DNA of 63,236 nt, filler included, from Candidatus Rokuibacteriota bacterium (lineage in GTDB: Bacteria > JAUVQV01 > DATDCY01): assembly GCA_031406795.1 (NCBI GenBank). It is 8 parts of 8 records of this genome, joined end to end, with 100 filler letters (N's around TTAATTAATTAA, not from the genome) between each part and the next. Parts side by side here need not be neighbours in the genome. Positions count along the whole stretch, not along the records: positions 21,888 to 50,712 come from JANOHV010000081.1; 7 more parts are not named here. One strand, given 5' to 3'. Shown here in pieces: positions 22,300 to 34,982 of the stretch. The number at the start of each line of letters is the position of its first letter. The first letter of the stretch is position 1. Both the position numbers and the translations under genes were made by a program. The notes beneath the pieces are model-generated. The model did not search any database and was not told the origin of the DNA. It saw nothing but the letters and a program-made list of their open reading frames with translations.

Positions 22300-23363
22300 T
22301 AACGGATAACTGGAGCCAGGGCGCGTTCGGCGTAGCGGGCGGCCATGTCCTCCAGCGGCACCGCCCGGATGCGCGGCGCCATCCCGGCGCACCCGAAGGC
22401 TTCGTAGCGCTCCCGGCACAGGGCCTTGGCGGCGAGCTGCGCCTCCTTGAGGATCTTGCGCGGGTCGAACTCGCTCCGCTTCAGAGCCAGCGCGCGGCGC
22501 ATCGCACCCGTCATGGCCAGCCGGATGTCGGTGTCGATGTTCACCTTGCGCACGCCGTGGCGAATCCCCTCCTGGATCTGTTCGACCGGCACGCCCCAGG
22601 TTTCGGGCATCTCGCCGCCGAATTCGCGGATCACGGCGAGCCACTCCTGCGGCACCGAACTGGAGCCGTGCATGACCAGGTGGGTGTTGGGAATGCGGGC
22701 GTGGATCTCCTTGATACGCGAGATCGCGAGGATCTCGCCGTCCGGCTTGCGGGTGAACTTGTAGGCCCCGTGCGAGGTGCCGATCGCGATGGCGAGCGCG
22801 TCGACGTGGGTCCTGTTCACGAAGTCCGCAGCCTGCGCCGGGTCGGTCAGCAGCTGCTCGCGGGTCATCGCCCCCTCGGCCCCGTGCCCGTCCTCCTTGT
22901 GGCCCGCCAGGGTCTCGAGCGAACCGAGCACGCCCAGCTCACCCTCGACGGAGACCCCGACCGCGTGCGCCATCTCCACGACCTGGCGCGTGATTTCGAC
23001 GTTGTACTCGAAGGAGGAGGGCGTCTTCGCGTCCGCCAGCAGCGAGCCGTCCATCATGACGCTCGAGAAACCCGAGCGGATGGCCTGGACGCAGACGGCG
23101 GGGCTCGCGCCGTGATCCTGGTGCATGACCACCGGCACGTGCGGGTGGGCCTCGATCGCGGCCAGGATCAGGTGGCGCAGGAAGGCCTCGCCGGCGTACT
23201 TGCGGGCGCCGGCGGAACCCTGCATGATCACCGGCGAGTCGGTCTCGTCGGCCGCCGCCATGATCGCCTTGACCTGCTCGAGATTGTTCACGTTGAACGC
23301 CGGAATCCCGTAGCGGTGCTCCGCCGCGTGGTCCAGCAGCTGCCGAAGCGACACGAGCGGCAT
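22299..23363 (-). CDS. fba: Fructose-bisphosphate aldolase class II
   Basis: [46 protein letters not shown]. Confidence 0.97.
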   Translation of the reverse strand: MPLVSLRQLLDHAAEHRYGIPAFNVNNLEQVKAIMAAADETDSPVIMQGSAGARKYAGEAFLRHLILAAIEAHPHVPVVMHQDHGASPAVCVQAIRSGFSSVMMDGSLLADAKTPSSFEYNVEITRQVVEMAHAVGVSVEGELGVLGSLETLAGHKEDGHGAEGAMTREQLLTDPAQAADFVNRTHVDALAIAIGTSHGAYKFTRKPDGEILAISRIKEIHARIPNTHLVMHGSSSVPQEWLAVIREFGGEMPETWGVPVEQIQEGIRHGVRKVNIDTDIRLAMTGAMRRALALKRSEFDPRKILKEAQLAAKALCRERYEAFGCAGMAPRIRAVPLEDMAARYAERALAPVIR

Positions 23364-23431
23364 CGGCTACTTCTCCCCCTGCGGAACAGCGTGCGCGGCG
23401 ACCATGAACCGTGCCCCAAACTGACGCTGCT

Positions 23432-25471
23432 TCATGGTCCCGCCGCTGCGCGCGGAACGTTGAGCACGGACTTCACGGCCCGCACGACGCGCTCGGGGGT
23501 GAAGTCGAAGAACTTGAAGAGCGCGCCGGCCGGCGCCGACTCCCCGAAACGGTCGAGGCCGACCACGGCGCCCTCGAGACCGACGTACCGGTACCAGCCG
23601 GCGGTGACCCCGGCCTCGACCGCGACGCGCGGCACGCCGGCCGGCAACACCGCCGAACGCCAGGCGTCGTCCTGACGGTCGAAGACGCTCGTGGAGGGCA
23701 TCGAGACCACCCGCACCGCGATTCCCTCCGCCGCGAGCTGCTGCTGCGCCGCCATGGCGAGCGCGACCTCCGAGCCCGTGGCGATGATCACGGCGCGGGG
23801 TGCGCCCGCGGCCTCCGCGAGCACGTAGCCGCCGCGGCGGATCGCCGCCAGCTGCGCTGCGTCGCGCTTCTGGAAGGGCAGGTTCTGACGGGAGAAGAGC
23901 AGCGCGCTCGGACCGGTGCGCCGCTCGATTGCGGCGGCCCAGCACACGGCGGACTCGACGGTGTCGCAGGGGCGCCAGACGTCCATGTTCGGGATCAGTC
24001 GCAGCGTCGCCGCCTGCTCGACCGCCTGGTGCGTCGGGCCGTCCTCGCCGAGACCGATCGAGTCGTGGGTGTACACGAAGACCTGCCGCAACCGCATCAG
24101 CGCCGCCATCCGCAACGCGTTGCGCGCGTACTCGGAGAACATCAGAAAGGTCGCCGAATAGGGGATCAGCCCGCCGTGCAGCGCGATGCCGTTGCTGATC
24201 GCGCTCATGCCGAATTCGCGCACGCCGAAGTAGAGATAGTTGCCGCCCCCGCTGCGGGTGACCGCCTTCGAGCCGGACCAGAGCGTGAGGTTCGAGCCAG
24301 CCAGGTCGGCCGAACCGCCGATGAGCTCGGGCAGCACTTTCGCGTACGCCTCGATGCAGTTCTGCGAAGCCTTGCGCGTGGCGATCGTCTCGGCCTTGGC
24401 TGCGACGGCCGCCAGCGTCGCGTCGACGTGCGCCGCCCAGCCCGCGGGCAGTTCGCCGGCCATGCGACGCTTGTACTCCGCGGCGAGTTCGGGGTGCGCC
24501 TTGGCGTAGGCGTCGAAGCGCCGCTGCCAGTCGCCCTGGATCTTCGCCCCCTGGGGCCGCGCGTCCCAGCCCCGGTAGACTTCGTCCGGGATTTCGAACG
24601 GCAGGTGGTGCCAGTGGATGTGCGGGCGGGACGCGGCGATCTCCGCGTCGCCGAGAGGCGCGCCGTGCACGTCGTGGGAACCGGCCTTGGTGACGGCGCC
24701 CATGCCGATCACCGTCTTGCAGCAGAGAAGCGACGGCCGGTCCTTCACGGCCTGCGCGGCGAGGATCGCGGCGTGAATCGCCTCGGGGTCGTGGCCGTCG
24801 ATGTCGCGCACGACGTGCCAGCCGTACGCCTCGAAGCGCCGGGGCGTGTCGTCGGTGAACCATCCGGACACGTCGCCGTCGATCGAGATCCCGTTGTTGT
24901 CCCAGAAACAGGTCAGCTTGCCCAGGCCGAGGGTCCCCGCAAGCGAACAGGCCTCGTGGCTGATCCCCTCCATCAGGCAGCCGTCGCCGAGAAAGACCCA
25001 GGTGTTGTGGTCGACGATCTCGTGCCCGGGGCGGTTGAAGGTGCGGGCGAGGACCATCTCGGCGATGGCCATCCCCACCGCGTTGGCCAACCCCTGCCCG
25101 AGCGGGCCGGTCGTGGTCTCGACCCCCGGGGTGAGGCCGACTTCCGGGTGTCCCGGCGTCCGCGAGTGCAGCTGGCGGAAGGCCTTGAGATCTTCGATCG
25201 TCAGGTCGTAACCGCTCAGATGCAGCAAGGCGTAGAGGAGCATCGACCCGTGGCCGTTGGAGAGCACGAAGCGGTCGCGATCGGGCCAGGCGGGGTCGGC
25301 CGGATTGTGGCGCAGGTGGTGGTTCCAGAGGACCTCGGCGATCTCCGCCATCCCCATCGGCATGCCGGGGTGGCCCGAGTTGGCCTTCTGGACCGCGTCC
25401 ATTGCCAGCGCGCGGATGGCGCTCGTGAGGTTCGTGAATGCCGGTTTCTCGAAGTCGCTGAACTTCATCAT
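23432..25471 (-). CDS. tkt: Transketolase
   Basis: [46 protein letters not shown]. Confidence 0.98.
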   Translation of the reverse strand: MMKFSDFEKPAFTNLTSAIRALAMDAVQKANSGHPGMPMGMAEIAEVLWNHHLRHNPADPAWPDRDRFVLSNGHGSMLLYALLHLSGYDLTIEDLKAFRQLHSRTPGHPEVGLTPGVETTTGPLGQGLANAVGMAIAEMVLARTFNRPGHEIVDHNTWVFLGDGCLMEGISHEACSLAGTLGLGKLTCFWDNNGISIDGDVSGWFTDDTPRRFEAYGWHVVRDIDGHDPEAIHAAILAAQAVKDRPSLLCCKTVIGMGAVTKAGSHDVHGAPLGDAEIAASRPHIHWHHLPFEIPDEVYRGWDARPQGAKIQGDWQRRFDAYAKAHPELAAEYKRRMAGELPAGWAAHVDATLAAVAAKAETIATRKASQNCIEAYAKVLPELIGGSADLAGSNLTLWSGSKAVTRSGGGNYLYFGVREFGMSAISNGIALHGGLIPYSATFLMFSEYARNALRMAALMRLRQVFVYTHDSIGLGEDGPTHQAVEQAATLRLIPNMDVWRPCDTVESAVCWAAAIERRTGPSALLFSRQNLPFQKRDAAQLAAIRRGGYVLAEAAGAPRAVIIATGSEVALAMAAQQQLAAEGIAVRVVSMPSTSVFDRQDDAWRSAVLPAGVPRVAVEAGVTAGWYRYVGLEGAVVGLDRFGESAPAGALFKFFDFTPERVVRAVKSVLNVPRAAAGP

Positions 25472-25752
25472 CGATCGGAGTCCTCCAGTGCAACGGTCAC
25501 GTCTTCCAGCCCCACGCCAGGCGACCCCGACTTCGCCACGGCCGCAAAGTGAAGAGAGTGCCGGTGATCCGCACGGATGTCAAGTTTACAGATGCCTGCA
25601 ATATCAATGACTTGTGAAATATGTCGCGAAAAACTGCCCAAATGGGGTTCAGCGGCTTCTGCTGAAATCGATGGACGACATCGACAAAACCCAGTAAAAT
25701 CAAATCGCAGGTGGGTTTAACCACAGGGGTCACACCGCAAGGAGGAATGGAC

Positions 25753-25992
25753 ATGGCAGTAAAAAAAGAGGTCAAGAAGACCATGGCGAAAGTCGCCAAG
25801 AAGGCTGTGAAAATGGAAAAGGCCGTTGTCAAGAAGGCCGTGAAGGTGGAAAAGGCCGTTGCCAAGAAGGTCGTGAAGAAGGCGGCGCAAGTGAAGAAGG
25901 CGGTCGTGAAGAATGCCACTGCCGCCAAGAAGGCCGTCGTCAAGAAGTCGGCCCCGGCGGTGAAGGCAATCAAGAAGAAGATCTCCTGGTAG
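25753..25992 (+). CDS. Small Lys/Ala/Val-rich histone H1-like protein (79 aa)
   Basis: GGAGG RBS; repeated KKAV/KAVV units; followed by a terminator. Confidence 0.85.
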   Translation: MAVKKEVKKTMAKVAKKAVKMEKAVVKKAVKVEKAVAKKVVKKAAQVKKAVVKNATAAKKAVVKKSAPAVKAIKKKISW

Positions 25993-26005
25993 TCGGAGCG
26001 CGCCT

Positions 26006-26037
26006 GGCGCCCGCGCAAGCGGGCGTCGCTTTTTTTC
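26006..26037 (+). terminator. Intrinsic terminator
   Basis: GGCGCCCGC-gcaa-GCGGGCGTC followed by a T tract. Confidence 0.75.
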
Positions 26038-26059
26038 CGTTCGGGGGCCGAACCGTCTG

Positions 26060-26512
26060 ATGGACATCTTTCAGCGCAGCATCCACTCCAATGTCAAGCA
26101 GATCGACGCCGGCCGGATCCTGGTCACCAGTTCGCTGCTCGACCTCGAGCACTCGCTGCACCTCGAGCTGGTGGTACGCCTGGAGGATCGCACGATCGAG
26201 TCGGCGAAGGCCTCGATGAGCAAAACGCCGCTCACGCGCTGCGCGAAGGGGGTCGAGGGGATCCCGGCCCTCGCCGGCATGGTGGTCGACCGCGGCGTGC
26301 TGCGCGAGATCCACCGGCGCGTCGGCGGCCCGCGCGGCTGCGCTCACCTCGTGGAACTGCTCGACAACGCGGTGCGGCTGATTTCGATGATTCTCATCGG
26401 CAGTTCGCTCAACTACTGGGGCAACCTGAAGGAGCGCATGACCGAGGAGGAGATCGTCGCCGAAGGGCGCACGAAGTTGAAGAACACCTGCCTCGTCTTC
26501 GCCGACGAGTGA
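26060..26512 (+). CDS. DUF2889-like protein
   Basis: FQRSIH...D.EH.L.L, P...C, VGGPRGCAHLVEL, LKNTC. Confidence 0.75.
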   Translation: MDIFQRSIHSNVKQIDAGRILVTSSLLDLEHSLHLELVVRLEDRTIESAKASMSKTPLTRCAKGVEGIPALAGMVVDRGVLREIHRRVGGPRGCAHLVELLDNAVRLISMILIGSSLNYWGNLKERMTEEEIVAEGRTKLKNTCLVFADE

Positions 26513-26518
26513 CCCGGG

Positions 26519-27961
26519 CTAATCTTCAGGGACGACGAGGTCGCCGACGCGGACGATCTTCATCGCGTTCGTGCCGCCGTGCACCCCGAGCAGGTCGCCC
26601 TTGGTGATGATCACAAGGTCGCCTTCGCACACGGCGCCGAGACGCACCAGTTCGTCCACCGCCGCCTTGTTCACACGGTGGTGCGAGGTGGTGTTCGCCG
26701 AAAAGAACACCGGATGCACGCCGCGGTAGAGCGTCATCCGGCGCAGCGTGGCGCGGTGGGCGCTCAGCGCGTAGATCGGCATCCCGGAGCTGATCCGCGA
26801 CATCCACAGCGGCGTCGACCCGGACTCGGTGAGCGCGGCGATCGCCGTCACGCCCAGGTGGTTGGCGGTGTACATGGTGGCCATCGCGACGGCCTCGTCG
26901 ATGCCCGCGAAGCGCGAGTCGATCCGGTGGCGCGAGACGCGCGTGACGCGCTGTTTCTCGGCCTCGCGGCAGATGCGGTCGGCCGCCTCGATGACCTCGA
27001 CGGGGTGGCGCCCCACCGCGGTCTCGGCCGAGAGCATCACGGCGTCGGTGCCGTCGAGCACGGCGTTGGCGACATCGAAGACTTCGGCCCGCGTCGGGAT
27101 CGGGTTCTCGATCATCGACTCCATCATCTGCGTGGCCGTAATTACCGCGCGGTTGAGCGCGCGGCAGAGCCGGATGGTGCGTTTCTGCACGGGGGGCAGC
27201 GCCGCGTCCCCGATCTCCACCCCGAGGTCGCCGCGCGCGATCATCACGGCATCGGCGGCGAGTATGAAGGACTTCAGGTCGGCGAGCACCTCGGCGCGCT
27301 CGAGTTTCGCGATGATCCCGCCCCGGCCGCCCGCGGCCCGCAGCAGCGCGCGGGCCTCCTCGATGTCGGCCGGCGAGCGCGGGAACGACACCGCGAGGTA
27401 GTCCGCATCCAACTCCGCGGCGGTGATGATATCCCTGCGGTCTTTGTCGGTCAGCGCCGGGGCCGAGAGGCCGCCGCCCTGACGGTTGATTCCTTTCGCG
27501 CTGGAGAGCTCGCCGCCGACGACCACCGTGCAGCGGATTTCAGCGCCCGCAACGGCGTCGACGCACAACACGATCCGTCCGTCGTCGAGCAGCAGCCGAT
27601 CGCCGGCGACGACATCCCGCGGCAGCGCCGGGTACGTCACGCCCACCCGCTCGACGGTGCCGGCGTCGCGGGGGCAGGCGGCGTCCAGCGTGAACTTCGC
27701 GCCCGCCTCGAGCAGCACCCGACCGTCCCGGAACCCCTCGATGCGGATCTTGGGCCCCTGCAGATCGACGATGACGCCGACGTGGCGCCCGAGCGCCTCG
27801 GCGCGGCTGCGCACGAGCGCGACCCGGTCGCGGTGGCGGGCGACGCTGTCGTGCGAGAAGTTCAGGCGAGCGACGTCGAGGCCGGCGAGAATCATCCGGT
27901 CGATAATCCCCGGCGCGTCCGTGGCCGGGCCGAGCGTCGCGACGATCTTGGTCCGGATCAC
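26519..27961 (-). CDS. pyk: Pyruvate kinase
   Basis: RTKIVATLGPA, ARLNFSH, DLQGPKIR, ARGDLG, TRAEVFDVANA, MLSAET. Confidence 0.98.
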   Translation of the reverse strand: MIRTKIVATLGPATDAPGIIDRMILAGLDVARLNFSHDSVARHRDRVALVRSRAEALGRHVGVIVDLQGPKIRIEGFRDGRVLLEAGAKFTLDAACPRDAGTVERVGVTYPALPRDVVAGDRLLLDDGRIVLCVDAVAGAEIRCTVVVGGELSSAKGINRQGGGLSAPALTDKDRRDIITAAELDADYLAVSFPRSPADIEEARALLRAAGGRGGIIAKLERAEVLADLKSFILAADAVMIARGDLGVEIGDAALPPVQKRTIRLCRALNRAVITATQMMESMIENPIPTRAEVFDVANAVLDGTDAVMLSAETAVGRHPVEVIEAADRICREAEKQRVTRVSRHRIDSRFAGIDEAVAMATMYTANHLGVTAIAALTESGSTPLWMSRISSGMPIYALSAHRATLRRMTLYRGVHPVFFSANTTSHHRVNKAAVDELVRLGAVCEGDLVIITKGDLLGVHGGTNAMKIVRVGDLVVPED

Positions 27962-27986
27962 GGCCTGCGCACCTGCGTCGGGCGGA

Positions 27987-28205
27987 TCAGTCGCGGTCGG
28001 AGCCCGCGCCGGCGGGCGGTGGCACGTCCTCGTCGGCGTAGGGATCGAGAGGACCGTCGAGGACCTGCAGGTTGTCCTCCTCCAGCGTGCCGGACTCCCG
28101 CTGGACCTTGCGCTCCACGCGCCGCGCCTCTTTTTCCTTCTGCTTCTGCTGGCGGGACATTTCCTTCTGTCTTTTCTGGAACGACGGCCGTTGCTTTTTT
28201 GCCAT
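27987..28205 (-). CDS. Small basic/acidic hypothetical protein downstream of csp
   Basis: MAKKQRPSFQKRQKEMSRQQKQKEKEARR; AAAGGA RBS. Confidence 0.7.
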   Translation of the reverse strand: MAKKQRPSFQKRQKEMSRQQKQKEKEARRVERKVQRESGTLEEDNLQVLDGPLDPYADEDVPPPAGAGSDRD

Positions 28206-28319
28206 GTTCACATCCTTTCAGGGCCCGCCGCGCGGGGGACGGGGGGGGCGGCGGGGTGATGAAAAGCCAACGGCCCCCGCTCCCTTCCGGGAGGGGGGCC
28301 GCCGGCGAGTCGGGTGCGA

Positions 28320-28523
28320 CTAGACCGGGCGGACGTTAGCCGCAGCCGGGCCCTTCTGGCCCTGGACGATATCGAACTCCACGGCCTGACCCTCGCTCAG
28401 GCTCTTGAAGCCCGAGCCCTGGATCGCCGTATGATGCACGAAGACATCCTTGGAGCCATCGTCGAGGCTGATGAAACCGAAGCCCTTCTGATCGTTGAAC
28501 CACTTCACCGTCCCACGCGCCAT
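28320..28523 (-). CDS. Cold-shock protein (CspA family)
   Basis: [29 protein letters not shown]. Confidence 0.97.
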   Translation of the reverse strand: MARGTVKWFNDQKGFGFISLDDGSKDVFVHHTAIQGSGFKSLSEGQAVEFDIVQGQKGPAAANVRPV

Positions 28524-28857
28524 ACTCTTCCGTCCCTTCCACCAATCCCGTGTAGTAACACACTCGGTGTCGTCTTGGACTCCGGTGCACCTGTTTTGCC
28601 GACAATTGGGGATTGAGCAACTGTAGGCTACTGAAATCAAACCTTACTCCGATTCATTTTCGGTGTCCAGACCTTTTTTGAGCGGGCCTGGCCGCCGCTT
28701 CCGACCCAGATTCTGTATTACAATGGCCGGCGTTGGGTCCGGTCACCCCGGGCGGCGGCACACCACGCGAAAAGGAGCAACGGACATGACGCACGCCGAA
28801 CACCTCCAGGATGGACCCGCGCAACCGCTCCGGAACTTCGCGGGGGCGTAGAACCGG

Positions 28858-31338
<2,481 letters not shown>

Positions 31339-31342
31339 ATCG

Positions 31343-31484
31343 GCCCGGGTCGTTCAGGAGGGCTTTTTGCGCCCCGGCGGCGTTGGCGCTCGCGTTGCTT
31401 GTGCGGCGCACACGAGTGCGCCTCCGCGCACGCTTCGCGCCTGCCTTGCCGGGACGCAAAAATCCGCTCCTGACCGACCCGGGC
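31343..31484 (+). repeat. Palindromic element family 1, copy C
   Basis: Homologue of 13020-13160; starts 4 nt after the glgP stop. Confidence 0.9.
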
Positions 31485-31614
31485 AGCTAAGGCCCTGCGG
31501 GGTACATGCCGGGACCATCGCCAGAGAGCCCTCTGGGATAACGATCCATGTGACAAAAAAACTGAAATCGGGGCTGTCAGCCAAGAGCCGCGTCCGGGGA
31601 GACTTGGGCTGACG

Positions 31615-32103
31615 TCAGGTCCTGGTTCGTTCTCGCGGGGTTCGAGCGAGATAGGTGGCGTGGAAGAGCGCGGCGGGACCAGCCTTGGTCTCGATGAAAG
31701 CCTCCACCTTCAGCCGGGCCTTTCCCCGCAGCCGGTAGGCGTCAAGGAACGCGGCAACCTCCCCGGGCGGCGGGAGCGGACAGCGGGCGACGATCCGGCC
31801 CGACACCGGCGCGCGGTACTCGGTGGCGCCGACGGCGATCAGCACGTCGGCCGCCAGCCCCGCTTCGCGAAGCAGCAGGTCGGCCAGCGCCCAGCCGCTG
31901 AGCGCGAGAATCGAGGTCAGCGTGCCGCCGAAGGCGATCCCCTTGTCGTTGATATTCGGTTTCAGCGGCGCGGTCATCGTCACCCCCGCTGCATCGAAGG
32001 AGCGCATCCGGATGCCCATGGCCTGCGTGATGGGCACGTGTCGGGCCAGATAGGCATTCACGTCGTGGCCGGCGATGGCGCTGCCCGGGTTGCGAGAGCT
32101 CAT
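31615..32103 (-). CDS. YiiD C-terminal-like hotdog-fold thioesterase
   Basis: VPITQAMGI, APLKPNINDKGIAFGG, LSGW. Confidence 0.85.
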   Translation of the reverse strand: MSSRNPGSAIAGHDVNAYLARHVPITQAMGIRMRSFDAAGVTMTAPLKPNINDKGIAFGGTLTSILALSGWALADLLLREAGLAADVLIAVGATEYRAPVSGRIVARCPLPPPGEVAAFLDAYRLRGKARLKVEAFIETKAGPAALFHATYLARTPRERTRT

Positions 32104-32172
32104 GGGGAAAGAGTTTCGGCGCTCCGGCCGACGCTGTCAACCTCCCATTCCACCGAACAGCGTCGACGGCGT

Positions 32173-32380
32173 CCCCGATCCGCGCGTACGCGCGGATCCA
32201 GCAGCAGAGGAGGCATTTCAACAGCCGAAAAAGCAGGATTTATTGCAGGAAGCACGGCGTGGCAGAGGTCACGCATCGCTTGAAGCATGCATTGCGATCA
32301 GGTATGAGCAACGACTTGGATAAACCGGACCCGGTGACAAGCCTGACTCTCCTGATCCGCGCGTTACGCGCGGATTTGGG
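32173..32380 (-). mobile_element. MITE family 3, copy A (208 bp) with CGGCGT flanking direct repeat
   Basis: Terminal ATCCGCGCGT(A)ACGCGCGGAT hairpins; CGGCGT at 32167-32172 and 32381-32386; reverse-complement homologue of 36683-36889. Confidence 0.85.
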
Positions 32381-32395
32381 CGGCGTACAATCCCC

Positions 32396-32423
32396 TTGAC
32401 AGAATGTCGCGGCGACCTACATT
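32396..32423 (+). promoter_or_regulatory. Sigma70-type promoter of the candidate sRNA
   Basis: TTGACA-16 nt-TACATT. Confidence 0.65.
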
Positions 32424-32429
32424 GGTGAG

Positions 32430-32619
32430 TGCATCAAAGAAGACCGGGCAGGAGGGACGGCTGCCAACCGGGGACGGGAACCTGCGGTGGCGATCGCGGT
32501 GGGTCAGGCCGCGGGATGCGCCCGGAGAGGTGATCCGGGAAGCGGTTTCCCAGGCGCCATACGAAGTTCGGGCGCCAGCAGGTCAAGGCCACCCCGACAC
32601 CAGGGGTGGCCTTCTTTTT
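32430..32619 (+). ncRNA. Candidate small RNA with multiple GGA-loop hairpins (CsrB/RsmZ-like)
   Basis: Bounded by a promoter and an intrinsic terminator; no credible CDS; 7 GGA motifs in 32451-32540. Confidence 0.55.
32585..32619 (+). terminator. Intrinsic terminator
   Basis: AAGGCCACCCC-gacacca-GGGGTGGCCTT followed by CTTTTT. Confidence 0.85.
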
Positions 32620-32672
32620 CCTGCCCGGAGCCACCGTGGGCCGTGCGCGTGCGGGAACCGGGGTGCCGCGGA

Positions 32673-32700
32673 TTGACAACCACGACGGGGCGCGGATAAT
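32673..32700 (+). promoter_or_regulatory. Sigma70-type promoter for the GNAT gene
   Basis: TTGACA-16 nt-GATAAT. Confidence 0.6.
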
Positions 32701-32739
32701 CGGAACCATCGAGTCCATCAGACGACCGGGGAGGACGCC

Positions 32740-33276
32740 ATGCGGGAAGTCGTGACCTACCGGATAGCCGACGCCACGAAGATCACCCTTCGTCCCGCCC
32801 GCCCCGATGACGCGGCGGCGATCATCGCCACGGTCCGCTCGGGCGCGCCGGAGCGCAGCTACGTCCTGATGGAGATCTACGGCAAGGACGCCGCTGCCGA
32901 GCGCGCCTACATCGAGCGGCTCGATTGCGACCACAATCTCTTTCTCGTCGCGGTCGTAGACGAGCAGATCGTCGGCACCCTCGCGCTGCTCGACTCCCTG
33001 CTGTGCACCACGCCGCAACCCGGCCTCTCCGTGGGGGTGCACATCGTCCGCGATTGGCGCGGCCACGGCATCGGCTCGGCGATGCTGCGCTACGCGGTGC
33101 GTTGGGCCAAGGAACACGGTTACCGGCGGCTCGAAGCGGACATCTTCACGACGAACGAGCGATCCCTCCACCTGTTCGACCAGGCCGGATTCCGGGAAGA
33201 AACATGCCGGCGCCGCTCCGTCCAGGTGGGCGTGCAGCAGATCAGCGAAGTCATCCTGGTCAAAGCCCTGCGCTAG
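32740..33276 (+). CDS. GNAT family N-acetyltransferase
   Basis: LRPARPDDA, DWRGHGIGSAML, NERSLHLFDQAGF. Confidence 0.9.
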   Translation: MREVVTYRIADATKITLRPARPDDAAAIIATVRSGAPERSYVLMEIYGKDAAAERAYIERLDCDHNLFLVAVVDEQIVGTLALLDSLLCTTPQPGLSVGVHIVRDWRGHGIGSAMLRYAVRWAKEHGYRRLEADIFTTNERSLHLFDQAGFREETCRRRSVQVGVQQISEVILVKALR

Positions 33277-33317
33277 CAGACGCAACGGCTGCGGGGTCCT
33301 GACGCTGCGCCACCTCG

Positions 33318-34280
33318 TCAGAGGCTTTCCTCGTCAGGGTCGTGCCGGGCGTGCGCCGCCGCGGCTGCGGGGTGGGAGATGTTGGCGTAGCAGTAGACGC
33401 AGCCGTGCGGACAGGTGCCGTAGCGGCCGATGTCCTTCGAGCTGATGCATCCGCACGCCGCGCGCTGCCCTTTGTCCTTGAGCGGGTGCGCGACGCCGCC
33501 GCCCACGCCGTCGAACAGCCGCTCTGCGCTCCCGGCGCCGCACCCGAGAAACTCCAGCAGCGCGGCGTCCCCCGGAAAGGCCCGCGCCAGCAACCCGTCG
33601 TCGACGCACCTGTTGCGCCCGATGCCGAAGCCGCTGAGATCGACGGTCTCGGCGCAGGTCGCGAGTTCCAGGCCCCATTCGCGGTTGAGCCCGCGCAGGC
33701 CCGCGGCGATCTGCGCGATCGCGGCGGCCCCCGGTTCCCGGAAGCCGTCGCCGCCGGACGCCCCCAGGCGCCGGCACGCCGCCGGGTAGCGCTCGAGATC
33801 CGCGAAACTGATCACCAGCTTGCGCGTGTGCCGATAGACGGCTGCCCCGACGCCGGCGATCCGCTCGAGGATCGCCTCCGGACCCAGGCGCTTCCCGATC
33901 AGGATCGGGTCGAACCGCCAGACGACGCGTTCCCGGCCCAGCAGCTCCGCGAGGCGGCAGAACGTCTCGATCCGCGCGGCCAGCGGCGGGAGCCCCGGCT
34001 CGAGCCCTTCGCGTTCGTAGTCGTTCAGCGTGAAGGTGAAGTAGTAGTTCAGGCCGAGCGCGTCGATCTCGGCGAGGCGCGGCAGCAGCGGGGCCGGGTC
34101 CTTGCTCCAGAAGACGATCGCCCGCGTCCGCACGAAGGAAACGCGCTGCCGCACGCCGGAGAAGCGGTTGAGCCAGACGCACGAGCCGGCCCGCAGCCGC
34201 CGCAACAGCCATTCGCCGTAGAGGGCCGGGATGTCGGTGGCGCGGCTGGCTGACACGATGACGGGGGTCAAGACATCCAT
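33318..34280 (-). CDS. DUF1848 domain protein
   Basis: IVSASRATDIPA, FWSKDP, VWRFDPI, QRAACGCISSKDIGRYGTCPHGCVYCYAN. Confidence 0.88.
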   Translation of the reverse strand: MDVLTPVIVSASRATDIPALYGEWLLRRLRAGSCVWLNRFSGVRQRVSFVRTRAIVFWSKDPAPLLPRLAEIDALGLNYYFTFTLNDYEREGLEPGLPPLAARIETFCRLAELLGRERVVWRFDPILIGKRLGPEAILERIAGVGAAVYRHTRKLVISFADLERYPAACRRLGASGGDGFREPGAAAIAQIAAGLRGLNREWGLELATCAETVDLSGFGIGRNRCVDDGLLARAFPGDAALLEFLGCGAGSAERLFDGVGGGVAHPLKDKGQRAACGCISSKDIGRYGTCPHGCVYCYANISHPAAAAAHARHDPDEESL

Positions 34281-34384
34281 TGCGGCATTGTACCCCCGGG
34301 ACCGCGCGCGCCGCCGGCGTGCGGGGCCGCCCGGACCAGCAGTGCCGGCGCGCGTTGACGAACGGCGCTGCACTCTGGTAGGAG

Positions 34385-34960
34385 ATGACCATGGAAATCG
34401 ACTGGAACGCCGTGCGGGCGCGTTTCTCCGCGATGACCCGGGAGGAACTTCTGGACGAGGCGGCGCTGCACGTCGAAGACTACGCGCCGCTGGCCCAGCG
34501 GATCCTCGAAGGCGAGGCGCTCGGGCGGGGCATCACCACGCAGCAGATCGAGGCCAGGCGCGGCACCGCGGATCCGCCGGTCGAGGCGGACGGGATCGAA
34601 CTGCCGGCGCTCATCACCTCCTCCGACGAGAAGGGGCAGGTTCAGGAACTGGTGAGAATCCTCCGCGAGCGGGGGATTCCCGCCGTGACGCGCGAACTGG
34701 ACCCGAAACACTTCCACGCCTCCGGTCACAAGGTCGGCCGCTGGGGGCTGATGGTTTCGGGTGCTCAGGCCGCGGACGCGGCGCGCGTGCTGGAGGCGGC
34801 AATCCCGCCCGTCGGCGAAGACGCCCTCGCCGCCGGTTGCGGCGGCGGGTGCTGCGCCGCTGAAGGCGCATGCGAACCCGCGACCGAGGAGTGGCCCGAA
34901 GACGGGGACTGGTGGAAAACCGTTCCGGGCGAGGACGACCCCCCGGACAAACAGCGCTAG
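34385..34960 (+). CDS. Hypothetical protein with Cys/Trp-rich acidic tail
   Basis: AGGAG RBS; open frame with GC3-rich codons; CGGGCC..C near C-terminus. Confidence 0.7.
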   Translation: MTMEIDWNAVRARFSAMTREELLDEAALHVEDYAPLAQRILEGEALGRGITTQQIEARRGTADPPVEADGIELPALITSSDEKGQVQELVRILRERGIPAVTRELDPKHFHASGHKVGRWGLMVSGAQAADAARVLEAAIPPVGEDALAAGCGGGCCAAEGACEPATEEWPEDGDWWKTVPGEDDPPDKQR

Positions 34961-34982
34961 CGCAACAACCGGTGAACGCGGT

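Noticed and set aside
23367-23435. 22-aa ORF bridging tkt and fba ([22 protein letters not shown])
   Set aside because: It overlaps the tkt stop by ATGA, but it is short, has no motif, and fba has its own RBS-like sequence; chance is a sufficient explanation
32430-32619. SRP, 6S, T-box or a common riboswitch identity for the candidate sRNA
   Set aside because: By eye I could not find the SRP GGAAGGAAGCAG core, a T-box motif, or cobalamin, FMN, TPP, SAM or c-di-AMP consensus blocks; an Infernal search is still needed
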